Of a stretch of DNA of 64,000 nt, positions 47,646-56,400 are shown one piece after another (the stretch's first letter is position 1; every line of letters starts with the position of its first letter). This DNA is from an uncultured virus (IMG/VR IMGVR_UViG_3300034106_002431) (taxonomy: Duplodnaviria > Heunggongvirae > Uroviricota > Caudoviricetes), in the IMG/VR virus record IMGVR_UViG_3300034106_002431; one strand, given 5' to 3'. A program made the translations under genes and the position numbers. The notes below the pieces were generated by a model, which was not told the DNA's origin, ran no database searches, and was given only the letters and a program-made list of their open reading frames with translations.

Positions 47646-47882
47646 ATGGACAAAAGAATCCTTAAAGATGGATCTGAGGTTGACTCTTTTAATAAGCCAG
47701 TTGATCTAGTTATTCATACTAAGGCCCCTGGAAAATGGAAATTAATTGATTTAGAAACAGGGGAAGAGTACCTTGGATCTGAGATAAGCACAGACTTTGC
47801 AGAAGTGCTTAGAGAAAAGGTTAACATTAATAAAATAGGCACTTGGGTAAAAACCAAGTGGAAACAAAAGCAAGTTGACTAA
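47646..47882 (+). CDS. Hypothetical protein
   Basis: HTKAPGKWKLIDLETGEEY motif. Confidence 0.6.
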   Translation: MDKRILKDGSEVDSFNKPVDLVIHTKAPGKWKLIDLETGEEYLGSEISTDFAEVLREKVNINKIGTWVKTKWKQKQVD

Positions 47883-47909
47883 ACCCTAACTTTAAGGTAT
47901 ACTTGATAT

Positions 47910-48194
47910 ATGGAACAATGGATTAATGACTATGCCTCATGGGTGCTTGCTCTCAGTGGGGTTGCAGCAATCTATTTTGTTGGAAGAAAACAAATTTGGG
48001 CATGGATCTGGGCTACATTTAATGAGGCTATGTGGATCTACTATGCCTTAGTAACTAAGCAGTATGGCTTTATCTTTGCTGCAATTGCATACTCTATTGT
48101 TTATATTAGATCTTACAGACACTGGAAAGACTTAGAAAAAGAACAGTTGTCTTGGAAAAGTTTTACACAATTGATATGGAAGGAAAACAAATGA
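47910..48194 (+). CDS. PnuC-like small membrane protein
   Basis: Three TM segments, GRKQIWAW, QYG. Confidence 0.55.
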   Translation: MEQWINDYASWVLALSGVAAIYFVGRKQIWAWIWATFNEAMWIYYALVTKQYGFIFAAIAYSIVYIRSYRHWKDLEKEQLSWKSFTQLIWKENK

Positions 48195-48476
48195 TGATTA
48201 ACGCTTTATTTTTAATACCAACTGCTATTGCAGCGTATTTACTGTGTTACTTTATAATGACATACAAAGTAGATCAAGACTAATTTTAGGAGAATAAAGA
48301 TGAGTATAGATGAAATGGCATTAAGAGAAGAGATAGCAAGAGAGATTGAAGCCCTTCCTATTGAACCATCTGTAACAAATGCATTAGGCATGCGTCTTGC
48401 TGCTGCACATGTTGCAAGAGGAAAAGCAAATTATATGGCCAGTATTTTTGAAAAACAAATGGACTTTGAGTAATAA

Positions 48477-48773
48477 GTGAGACACACAACAAAGATAGAA
48501 AAGACTAGGGTCTGGCCTCTAAGAGTTATAGGGAATATATGTGGTGGATTTGCTGGCAATCATTTGTTCAAGGCTATAATTCTAGATGAAGATGGCAATC
48601 TAGGTTGGCGTTATAAGTACCACGGTAAAATGTGGGTAGTGCTTAACAAACCTTACAGGTGGTGGGGCACATATTATGAACTTGATATTCAAGGACTAAA
48701 GGATGATCTAGATGGTGCTGGATGGGATGACTATGACGAGTTTGGTAAAGCCTACTGGGATAAAGATGAGTAG
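48477..48773 (+). CDS. Hypothetical protein
   Basis: 98-aa ORF. Confidence 0.5.
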   Translation: MRHTTKIEKTRVWPLRVIGNICGGFAGNHLFKAIILDEDGNLGWRYKYHGKMWVVLNKPYRWWGTYYELDIQGLKDDLDGAGWDDYDEFGKAYWDKDE

Positions 48774-48866
48774 GATACTTGTTTGTCCCGTCTGCAAAAA
48801 AGAATGGAACCTTCGATGGGGCATTATGGCTAATGAATCTCTATCTAATCACATGAAAGAACACCA

Positions 48867-49316
48867 ATGAAACCTCTTGCATACATCTTTGACGTAGACG
48901 GAACTCTAGCCAATGTAGATCCTTACCTTCACTATGTTCGTGGCTCTAATAGGGACTATGAGGCTTTTCATGAGGCTTCTGTAGATGCCCTGCCAAATAT
49001 AGAGGTAGTAGAAATGTTAAACAATGCTTTCTTTGATCAGATGCACGTCATTATTGTCACATCAAGAAAAGAAACTTGGCGTGGACTAACATCATATTGG
49101 CTTGCTAAAAATGACATTGGACATCATGCACTATACATGCGTGGTGATGATGATAACAGACCAGACTATGAAGTTAAAAAAGATATCTTACTTAAGATTA
49201 AGAAACATTGGAGCGTCGTTCATGCAGTAGACGATAACCCTAATGTAATTAGGTTGTGGGAAAATTATGGAATACCTACTACCAAGATCGGAACATGGGA
49301 CGGAGATAAGTCTTGA
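48867..49316 (+). CDS. HAD phosphatase like the T4 PNK 3'-phosphatase domain
   Basis: FDVDGTL, VTSR, MR...D.RPD..VK, VDD. Confidence 0.85.
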   Translation: MKPLAYIFDVDGTLANVDPYLHYVRGSNRDYEAFHEASVDALPNIEVVEMLNNAFFDQMHVIIVTSRKETWRGLTSYWLAKNDIGHHALYMRGDDDNRPDYEVKKDILLKIKKHWSVVHAVDDNPNVIRLWENYGIPTTKIGTWDGDKS

Positions 49317-49807
49317 CACAGACATCCCAATATGATATGATTAGATCATGAGCCAAAGAGTTAAGAAAATTTATAAGTGCGTTGAATGTGAGACTATGAT
49401 TACTATTGTAACCAAGGTTCACGAACTACCAGAGTCAATTATCTGTCCATGTGACAGCGTAGCAGAAAATCAGGGTGCAAAATGAGAAAGTCCAACAACA
49501 AAGCCTCTCAGCATAAAATTAAGAGAGCAGTTAAGAACAAGAAAAGAACACAGGCTAAGCCATACCTTTCAAAGTTTGAGCGTAAACAAAAAAGAATCAG
49601 AGAAGCAATTATTCTTGGAGCATTGAAGTCAGTGCCTAACTAGAACTGGAGATAGTCATGGTAGATCATGATGAGTTAAACAAAATATCAAAAGAACTAA
49701 AGCGTTACATTATTAAACAACATATGAAAACATATTATTATACTACTATTGGAATTTTATGTTTTCTGCTTGGAACATTCTTTGGATTACTAATTAAATA
49801 AGGACTA

Positions 49808-49882
49808 GCACCAGTAGCCAAGTTGGTTAAGGCACCGAACTCATAATTCGGCTATTCGTAGGTTCAAGTCCTACCTGGTGTA
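49808..49882 (+). tRNA. tRNA with CAT anticodon (Met or lysidine-modified Ile2)
   Basis: GCACCAG/CTGGTGT acceptor, CCGAA-ctCATaa-TTCGG, TTCAAGT T-loop. Confidence 0.9.
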
Positions 49883-49886
49883 CTAG

Positions 49887-49958
49887 ATCTCTGTAACTCA
49901 GTGGAAGAGTGACACCCTTCTAAGGTGTAGGTCGTAGGTTCGAATCCTACCAGGGATG
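49887..49958 (+). tRNA. tRNA-Arg(TCT)
   Basis: ATCTCTG/CAGGGAT acceptor, ACACC-ctTCTaa-GGTGT, TTCGAAT T-loop. Confidence 0.9.
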
Positions 49959-49972
49959 CTATAATAGTAGTA

Positions 49973-50035
49973 AGGGTGTGGTTAGAGTATGTGTGTCGGG
50001 AAACATATATGCTTTATGTTGCAACACCACACCCT
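49973..50035 (+). ncRNA. Candidate structured small RNA
   Basis: TATAAT at 49960; 10-bp closing stem AGGGTGTGGT/ACCACACCCT; inner 14-bp stem with four G-U pairs. Confidence 0.5.
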
Positions 50036-50063
50036 CCTAAATTTTGTATGAAAAACTATTTAT

Positions 50064-50801
50064 TTATCTAGCAGGATTCCAGAATAAAGAATCGTCTTCG
50101 TATATCTTTTTATCTAGTGTAAAATTTTCAAGAATTAAATCTTTTTCGCTTTGAGTTAAAGAATCGAACAGTCTTTTTGAAGCATCATTCTTAAAATATG
50201 TTTTGTCAATTTGTGATAAATCAACATCTAGTTCTACGCCTAAGTCTTCTGATATTTTTTTAACCAGCAATGTGTAATCCATATTTTTTAATTCATCAGT
50301 TCTAATAAACAAATTCGTTCTATTAATTCTATCATATATTAACTCTTCGTCATATTCCTTTTGCTCATCATGGAAAAATTGTGCTTCCTTAATAACAGAC
50401 ATTGCTGCTGGGTCTGGACTTAAAGCAAAATTATGCGCTTGAAAATCTTTCATGTAGTTCCAGTAAGATAACTTATCAAACAATTCTTCTTTTTCAACAT
50501 TGAGGTTTTCTCCTCTTATAACATGCCAATTTTCTTTGTCTATTAAGTCTGCTCTACCTGCAGCAGCATGACATACAGTGCTAACAAAAAACTCAGAAGG
50601 CTCTCTAAAAAGTGAGATAACATATGTTTCATCATCTATAAAGAATGGCCATCCACCGTGCTGTCTCATGTCTTCTGGCATTCTAAGATACTCAATACCG
50701 TGTTTAGCAAGAGTATCTTCCATAGGTCTGATAATATACTTTGTTAAGAATCTACCACCAGTTTTTGGTATGTGTAAAAAATAAACTTTGTTATATTTCA
50801 T
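50064..50801 (-). CDS. Sulfotransferase-family protein
   Basis: YFLHIPKTGG 5'-PSB motif; FREP..F.S. Confidence 0.72.
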   Translation of the reverse strand: MKYNKVYFLHIPKTGGRFLTKYIIRPMEDTLAKHGIEYLRMPEDMRQHGGWPFFIDDETYVISLFREPSEFFVSTVCHAAAGRADLIDKENWHVIRGENLNVEKEELFDKLSYWNYMKDFQAHNFALSPDPAAMSVIKEAQFFHDEQKEYDEELIYDRINRTNLFIRTDELKNMDYTLLVKKISEDLGVELDVDLSQIDKTYFKNDASKRLFDSLTQSEKDLILENFTLDKKIYEDDSLFWNPAR

Positions 50802-50930
50802 TTACTTTGCCTTGTGCTTTACTTCGTAAGGTGCGATCTTGGACTTAATACGACCATCTTTATATAATCTAACAATCCATCCATCTTTAATCTGAATAGG
50901 ATTAAACGCTGCTGCTTTTTTCTTTGGCAT
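50802..50930 (-). CDS. Small basic protein
   Basis: MPKKKAAAFNPIQIKDGWIVRLYKDGRIK...; coupled to both neighbours. Confidence 0.5.
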   Translation of the reverse strand: MPKKKAAAFNPIQIKDGWIVRLYKDGRIKSKIAPYEVKHKAK

Positions 50931-51232
50931 TACTTTACCATCCTAAATGGAGAATCAATCCAACTATCTGACTTAGCGACTGGAATACAGTTAGGTACTG
51001 GCTTTCCGTCTGCACCTGGCTTCATGCCTCTTTGTACATAGCCATCCCAGCAAGGTGCTTGCTTAGCAACTGTTTCAGCCTGGCAATCTGGACACTCTTC
51101 ACAGGTTACGTTTAGTTCTTTACAAGTTGGACAACCACAGTCTTCGTATGCCTTACCAATTGATGAGTCGTACATAGCCATAGCAACTTCTGAATCGATT
51201 GCTGAAGAAGAGCATTTTGGGCAGTTTGTCAT
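50930..51232 (-). CDS. Cys-rich protein with a CWDGY...VPNC module
   Basis: Several CxxC motifs; CWDGYVQRGMK...PVPNC. Confidence 0.6.
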   Translation of the reverse strand: MTNCPKCSSSAIDSEVAMAMYDSSIGKAYEDCGCPTCKELNVTCEECPDCQAETVAKQAPCWDGYVQRGMKPGADGKPVPNCIPVAKSDSWIDSPFRMVK

Positions 51233-51239
51233 ACTATAA

Positions 51240-51512
51240 TTATATCATACCGTTAAGCCTGTTGTAAGTCCTGATCCTGTGGCAGTTGGCACAAACCACT
51301 TCACACTTTTCTATTTCTTTCTTGATAGCCTTCCATGAAAAACCATCATGGATCATCCTTGACACATTGTACTTCTTATCTCTTATGTGATCAAAGTCTA
51401 GGATTATATGGTTACCAACACCACAGTCTACACAGCCAGAATCTTCTTTTATCTTAGCAAGCATCTTCTTATACTGCTGCTTATTATAGGTGTCTAACTC
51501 TTTGTCAGTCAT
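51240..51512 (-). CDS. HNH endonuclease-like protein
   Basis: CVDCG...LDFDH...EIEKCEVVCANCHRIRT. Confidence 0.85.
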   Translation of the reverse strand: MTDKELDTYNKQQYKKMLAKIKEDSGCVDCGVGNHIILDFDHIRDKKYNVSRMIHDGFSWKAIKKEIEKCEVVCANCHRIRTYNRLNGMI

Positions 51513-51539
51513 TGATATTATTATACCGCCAAATGTTAG

Positions 51540-51623
51540 GTCCCACACAGGCAATTCACCTGACTTGCGCCACGGTCTCTATCCAATGGGTAACTAATCC
51601 ATCACTAAGGTCCTGTGTGGGAC
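51540..51623 (-). ncRNA. Candidate ~84-nt small RNA
   Basis: TATAAT at 51635-51630; perfect 12-bp terminal stem GTCCCACACAGG/CCTGTGTGGGAC. Confidence 0.55.
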
Positions 51624-51638
51624 ACTTCTATTATACTG

Positions 51639-52682
51639 CTACTTTGAACTTATTTCTGCTACTCTCGCCTTTGAGAATTTAAGCATAGAACTTCTGATTG
51701 GCGAGTAGCCAAGATCTTCAGCCTTCTTTCCACAGGTATCAAGCATGAAGTTAAAGAACTTTTTAACTGAATCATTCTTTGAGTTCTTTTCTTTGTATGC
51801 TACACCATAGGTAAATGTAGATATGTTATAAGATAGTTTGTTTGGGTTCTTATAGTTTATCTTAACTACACCACTTTTATCTGGAATAAAATCTCCAAGA
51901 AATACAGAGGCTGCGCTAACTGTTGGTTGTATAAACCTTCTAGCCTCATTCTCAACAGACACTGTCTTTAGTCCTCTTGCATATGATATCTCATTATATC
52001 CAATAGAGCCATTTGTAGTGCTCTGTACCATTGCAATTCCATGTGATCCAGAAGCACTGTTCATATACTGCTTAGATATGTCTCCAGGAAATGCACTTGA
52101 AAAGTTTTTATTTCCTGGCTTTGTCCAAATTGTTGGAGCCACAGCATTTAAATATGAAGTAAAAACTTCTGAAGTTCCAGAACCATCAACACGGTATACA
52201 ACTCTAATCTTTGTTGCTGGTATCTTAGGTAGTTTTCCTGATATAAGGTTTTCTTTTAATATCTGTGGGTCGTTCCACATTGTTATTTGTCCCGCAAAAA
52301 CTTTAGCAAGAGTATCTTTACTCATCTTTATAGTAACTTTATATCCATCAAGTTTGTAGATAATTCCAATTGGCCCTGCTACTAATGGAACATATGTAAA
52401 CTCTTTTGATGGCTTTACTTCTGTCCCAGAGTAAGGAACATCTGACATAGCAAAGTCTGTTACTCCATTTGAAAACATATTCTTTCCAGCACCTGAACCA
52501 GATGCTCCATACACAACAGAATCTCCTGTTGATTTCATAAATTCGACCCTGCATCTGTCTATAAAGTTAGCAGCAAATGTGGATCCAGCACCTTGAAGGT
52601 TATCGGCATGTGAAGGGGTAATAAAAAAAGCATTAGCAAATATGGCTAATGCTGCTGATAAAGCAATGAATTTAAATTTCAT
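51639..52682 (-). CDS. pstS: Phosphate ABC transporter substrate-binding protein
   Basis: Signal peptide; GAGSTF, GSGAG, DFAMSD, YRVDGSGTS. Confidence 0.92.
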   Translation of the reverse strand: MKFKFIALSAALAIFANAFFITPSHADNLQGAGSTFAANFIDRCRVEFMKSTGDSVVYGASGSGAGKNMFSNGVTDFAMSDVPYSGTEVKPSKEFTYVPLVAGPIGIIYKLDGYKVTIKMSKDTLAKVFAGQITMWNDPQILKENLISGKLPKIPATKIRVVYRVDGSGTSEVFTSYLNAVAPTIWTKPGNKNFSSAFPGDISKQYMNSASGSHGIAMVQSTTNGSIGYNEISYARGLKTVSVENEARRFIQPTVSAASVFLGDFIPDKSGVVKINYKNPNKLSYNISTFTYGVAYKEKNSKNDSVKKFFNFMLDTCGKKAEDLGYSPIRSSMLKFSKARVAEISSK

Positions 52683-52758
52683 ACTTATAGTATATACGAC
52701 AAGGCTATAAAGTTTTGTTATAAATGGCAAACAAACAAAGAACTTTAGATGAATAATG

Positions 52759-52862
52759 GAGCAGTTTATGGACTTGCTCAGGTCTCCCAGGGTGCGACCC
52801 TGGCTTATCCGTACTCAGCAATAGGGTTGCTATAAGCAACTGCATGTATCATGACGGAATAC
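52759..52862 (-). ncRNA. Candidate multi-stem small RNA ending in pseudoknot copy 7 (52759-52784)
   Basis: TATAAT near 52870; stems TCCGT/ACGGA, GTTGCT/AGCAAC and CCAGGG/CCCTGG; then GAC-CTGAGCAA-GTC-cat-AAAC-TGCTC. Confidence 0.6.
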
Positions 52863-52873
52863 TATCTATTATA

Positions 52874-53290
52874 CTACTTAATTTTAATAGACTTGGGCTT
52901 TTTATCTTCAGGAACAATACGAACCACATTAACATGCAGCATCCCGTCCTTAAGTTCTGCAGATGTTACTTCCATATACTCTCCCAGTGCAAAAGATCTT
53001 ACGAACTTTCTTCCTGCGATTCCTTTATGAACTACCTCTGCATCTGTAACTTCAACAATCTCACCCTTGATAATCAATGTTCCGTTATCTACTGAAACAT
53101 CAATATCGTCTTTTGAAAAACCAGCGACAGCCAGTGAAATCTTGTATGTATCTTCATCTAGTTTGATTAGATCATACGGAGGGTATGACTGTGAGTTTGT
53201 TTTATGTGCTGTATTTAGGCGACTCAACTCTCTGTTGAAGCCAATAAAAAAAGGATCATTGAATAGATCCATAGCGTACTTTGTTACCAT
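52874..53290 (-). CDS. Small heat-shock protein (Hsp20/IbpA-like)
   Basis: YPPYD, AVAGF, HKGIAGRKF.RSF.L, A.LKDGML. Confidence 0.93.
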   Translation of the reverse strand: MVTKYAMDLFNDPFFIGFNRELSRLNTAHKTNSQSYPPYDLIKLDEDTYKISLAVAGFSKDDIDVSVDNGTLIIKGEIVEVTDAEVVHKGIAGRKFVRSFALGEYMEVTSAELKDGMLHVNVVRIVPEDKKPKSIKIK

Positions 53291-53404
53291 GTTATTCCCC
53301 TTTCAAGCGAATAAGTTAAATTACCCCCCTATTGGGCAGGTATAAATATTATAGCATAGAAAAGCAGGCCTGTCAAGTAACAAGCCTGCTAGTCTAGAGT
53401 GAGA

Positions 53405-53704
53405 TTACTTTACCTGGTTAGTAGCCTTGCCTCCACCAGATGACTTCTTTGCAGGAGCCTTCTTTGCGGTCTTCTTAACAACCTTTGCAGACTTAACTGC
53501 TGCATCTACCTCATCTACTGATGGCATCTTGCCGAATGCAGGATCGTTAGGGTTGGCTGCTCTCAATACAACGGGCACAAATGCTCCAAGTAGTGAGTAT
53601 GCTAGTGTCTGGGGATCTGTAACTCCAGAAGCATACATTGCTGTTGCTGCTCCAAGTACTGATCTTCCGTATGACGCCAGTGCGTTTTTGATTTGTTGAT
53701 TCAT
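53405..53704 (-). CDS. Small membrane protein (holin-like) with a Lys-rich tail
   Basis: LASYGRS...VLRAANPNDPAFG; AGGAGG RBS. Confidence 0.55.
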   Translation of the reverse strand: MNQQIKNALASYGRSVLGAATAMYASGVTDPQTLAYSLLGAFVPVVLRAANPNDPAFGKMPSVDEVDAAVKSAKVVKKTAKKAPAKKSSGGGKATNQVK

Positions 53705-53714
53705 AATTTTCCTC

Positions 53715-53873
53715 CTAGGATATTATTTTTGTTAGTACTGTAAAACCAATCCATAGACCAATAATTCCTGCGACTCCCGCAAAAACTGGTGGTGCTGGGA
53801 CTGGCAATTTGAATGCAGCAAATACTACACCACATCCAAAACCTGTTAATACTGATAGTATCACATCTTTCAT
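53715..53873 (-). CDS. XapX/DUF1427-like small membrane protein
   Basis: G..CGVVFAAFKLPVPAPP.FAG..GI.G.W.G; not in the ORF track (52 aa). Confidence 0.75.
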   Translation of the reverse strand: MKDVILSVLTGFGCGVVFAAFKLPVPAPPVFAGVAGIIGLWIGFTVLTKIIS

Positions 53874-54751
53874 TTTTTATTTTCCTCTACATATCGTTTA
53901 ATAAATGGAACTATTACGTTGACCTCTTCTGATGGTACTGCATTAATAAGCATATGGTTTATGCCTTTACTTTCAAGAGTCTTTACAAGATCATCAAACT
54001 GATCGTATGTAAGATAGGCAGTATCAAGGACAGGCTGTGGAACCTCTCCTTTTTTCCATACTGGTCTGACGACATGGTTTGTTAACAAGTCAAGTTCTTC
54101 TTCTGTTTTTCTAATAACAGGAGTAATGGCAATCATTACTTCTACACCCTTTAGTTCAAGAGGAATCTCTGCAGAACGATGCCTTAAAAAATCAGACCAT
54201 GCTCCACGAGCATATATGTGATATGGCAAAATAATTTTGTGACCATACTTTTTTGCTACTTCAAATACATAACTGTTTGTTGTTGAGACATATACGTCTA
54301 ATTTATTTTTATGATTTGGGTCACGCCAATATCCTGGAGAATCTTTGTCTTGATCCATTTCATTTAAAACTTTGAGAAATTCTATCATGTAGTTTGATCT
54401 GTCAAGAGGGCTTGATTTGTCATTAACATCTCCAACAACACCACCAACACCATCTTCATGATCTTTTATGTATCCAGAAATTAAATTAATCTGAAGCCTA
54501 CCTTTATCTATCCTGTCCATAGATCTATTTATCATAGAAAGATATTGAGGAGATATTGTATATGGACGAATGGCTACTAAGTACTTAATGTCTTCGCCTT
54601 TTTCTATATCTTTTGCTGTCTTTACAAACATGTCTCCTTCTGGGATATCATGTGTAAACATAACTCCAGAAAAGTTATGGTTGTTTAGGTTGGATGGATC
54701 TTTTGGATCCCCAGGGTTTCCCATTACTCCACCAAAATAATAAAATTTCAT
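53870..54751 (-). CDS. Luciferase-like (SsuD-type) flavin monooxygenase-fold protein
   Basis: YLVAIRPYTISPQY...GRLQINLISG. Confidence 0.65.
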   Translation of the reverse strand: MKFYYFGGVMGNPGDPKDPSNLNNHNFSGVMFTHDIPEGDMFVKTAKDIEKGEDIKYLVAIRPYTISPQYLSMINRSMDRIDKGRLQINLISGYIKDHEDGVGGVVGDVNDKSSPLDRSNYMIEFLKVLNEMDQDKDSPGYWRDPNHKNKLDVYVSTTNSYVFEVAKKYGHKIILPYHIYARGAWSDFLRHRSAEIPLELKGVEVMIAITPVIRKTEEELDLLTNHVVRPVWKKGEVPQPVLDTAYLTYDQFDDLVKTLESKGINHMLINAVPSEEVNVIVPFIKRYVEENKK

Positions 54752-54893
54752 ACTGTTACCTTAGCGTAATGATAATCACACAAATCAACTATTCTTGTTT
54801 CAGAGTTTGCCCATATATGGGTGCTTTCTTCTTCGCAAAACTCTTCTTCACAGATGAATAGGTTAATGTTCTTTGTGCTTTTTAATCGTATCA

Positions 54894-55304
54894 TTACATT
54901 ATTCTATCATAGTCTTCTGGGAGTAGTTTCTTTAACTTTTCAAATTCTGAAGATATTTTTTTTAAAGCAAAATCATGAGGGGCAAGCATGCCCTCAACTG
55001 ATGACCCATACTCATTATAGTAGTCAATCTGTGGACCAACTTCATTAATAAATGAACTCAAACCAGCCTGCACTTCTTCTATATATTGATATGCCCAATC
55101 ACGAGAATCTGAAACAAATTTCAAAAAATCCTCATTAGACTGATCTTTGTCTGTTTTGTTTGTATTCCTTGTTAACTGCTGCAGCAATAAAGCCTCTAAG
55201 GTCTTAGCAATAATAACCTTGTTAGCCCTTTTTTGTATAACGTATAAAGATAAGAAAAGCAAAGTTAGAGAAGACAAGATACATATAAAAATTAACTCAA
55301 TCAT
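54894..55304 (-). CDS. Membrane-anchored hypothetical protein
   Basis: N-terminal TM; FLKFVSDSRDWAYQYIE. Confidence 0.65.
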   Translation of the reverse strand: MIELIFICILSSLTLLFLSLYVIQKRANKVIIAKTLEALLLQQLTRNTNKTDKDQSNEDFLKFVSDSRDWAYQYIEEVQAGLSSFINEVGPQIDYYNEYGSSVEGMLAPHDFALKKISSEFEKLKKLLPEDYDRIM

Positions 55305-55540
55305 AATTCTTTACCCCCTTCTCTTACTAATAGAACAATCGCTCCATTATCTTCTAGTGCTTTTTTAACACGGATCATATACTCTATTGCCTGCTTTTTC
55401 TTTTCAACTGTTTCAAGAGACATAAAGACTTTTTCTTTTGCTTTAACAGTTATGAATGTGTCATTATCTACTAACTCTAAAGAAAATCCTTCAGGACATC
55501 TAAGAGATCTGAATGCTCTTCTCATCTGATCTGTATACAT
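55301..55540 (-). CDS. Hypothetical protein
   Basis: ORF in the operon. Confidence 0.65.
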   Translation of the reverse strand: MYTDQMRRAFRSLRCPEGFSLELVDNDTFITVKAKEKVFMSLETVEKKKQAIEYMIRVKKALEDNGAIVLLVREGGKEL

Positions 55541-55541
55541 A

Positions 55542-55823
55542 TTACTCCATTGTTAGGGACTGCCATGTTATTCCCCAGTCTGTCTTTGTCTTATGGCTAG
55601 AAAACTCTTTTGATATTTCCCCATTTTCTAAGTATACTCCACCCCAAACTCCCCACTCTTTTCCAGAAACTCCTACAGAAAAACATTCTTTTCTTACAGG
55701 ACACTTAGAGCATAGCAAGTCTACGGCAGGCCTTAGTAATTCATCTTCTTCATACTTATCAAAGAATACATTTGTATCATAATCTAAGCATGCAGCATTA
55801 TCTTTCCACTCATACTTATTCAT
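55542..55823 (-). CDS. whiB: WhiB-family transcription factor
   Basis: W...AAC...FF...CSKCPVRKEC...GVWGG. Confidence 0.92.
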   Translation of the reverse strand: MNKYEWKDNAACLDYDTNVFFDKYEEDELLRPAVDLLCSKCPVRKECFSVGVSGKEWGVWGGVYLENGEISKEFSSHKTKTDWGITWQSLTME

Positions 55824-55824
55824 A

Positions 55825-56037
55825 TTACCTTACATACTTGTCAGGTATTTCCCATCCAGTTCTAGAAACGACAAAGATCTTTTTTAAGTGCCAAGCATTA
55901 TTTTTTAATGCTCCCTGCTTTGATGTAAAGGCCTTATCTGACCTTGTCATCTCTACAACATCCCATCCATCCCAGGAAAGGTTGCTGTTCTTGGAAACAA
56001 TTGCTTCCATTTTTTCAAGAGAACTGATTGATACCAT
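55825..56037 (-). CDS. Hypothetical protein
   Basis: AAGGAG RBS; LSWDGWDVV. Confidence 0.65.
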   Translation of the reverse strand: MVSISSLEKMEAIVSKNSNLSWDGWDVVEMTRSDKAFTSKQGALKNNAWHLKKIFVVSRTGWEIPDKYVR

Positions 56038-56049
56038 TATGTGTGCTCC

Positions 56050-56400
56050 TTAGAAGTTGTATACGTTTGTGTTGATATTTTTTGATCTTGATAAATTTAC
56101 TATTCGAGAAGTCTGCTCTTTTGGATTAGAAACAAAAGCAAAATGATTAAAACTGTTCATGTTTTCTTCAATCCATTCGGGAGTAACTCTAAATAATTTA
56201 ATAGACTTTCCTCTAGACTTCATTCCTCTTTCAGAAAGGTTAACAAACTCAGATGCCATTGCACTAATATTTGATGGACCAGCAGTGTACAAGTAAAACT
56301 CCTTGTCGCTTTCTTCTAGTTCAGATAATGCGACTGCCATTGCTCTAAGAAAAATGTTGTAGTTGTTGAAACTAGTCGTTCCCTGCACCCCTACTATCAT
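56050..56400 (-). CDS. Hypothetical protein (SLOG/YspA-like start)
   Basis: MIVGVQGT..F.NY. Confidence 0.55.
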   Translation of the reverse strand: MIVGVQGTTSFNNYNIFLRAMAVALSELEESDKEFYLYTAGPSNISAMASEFVNLSERGMKSRGKSIKLFRVTPEWIEENMNSFNHFAFVSNPKEQTSRIVNLSRSKNINTNVYNF

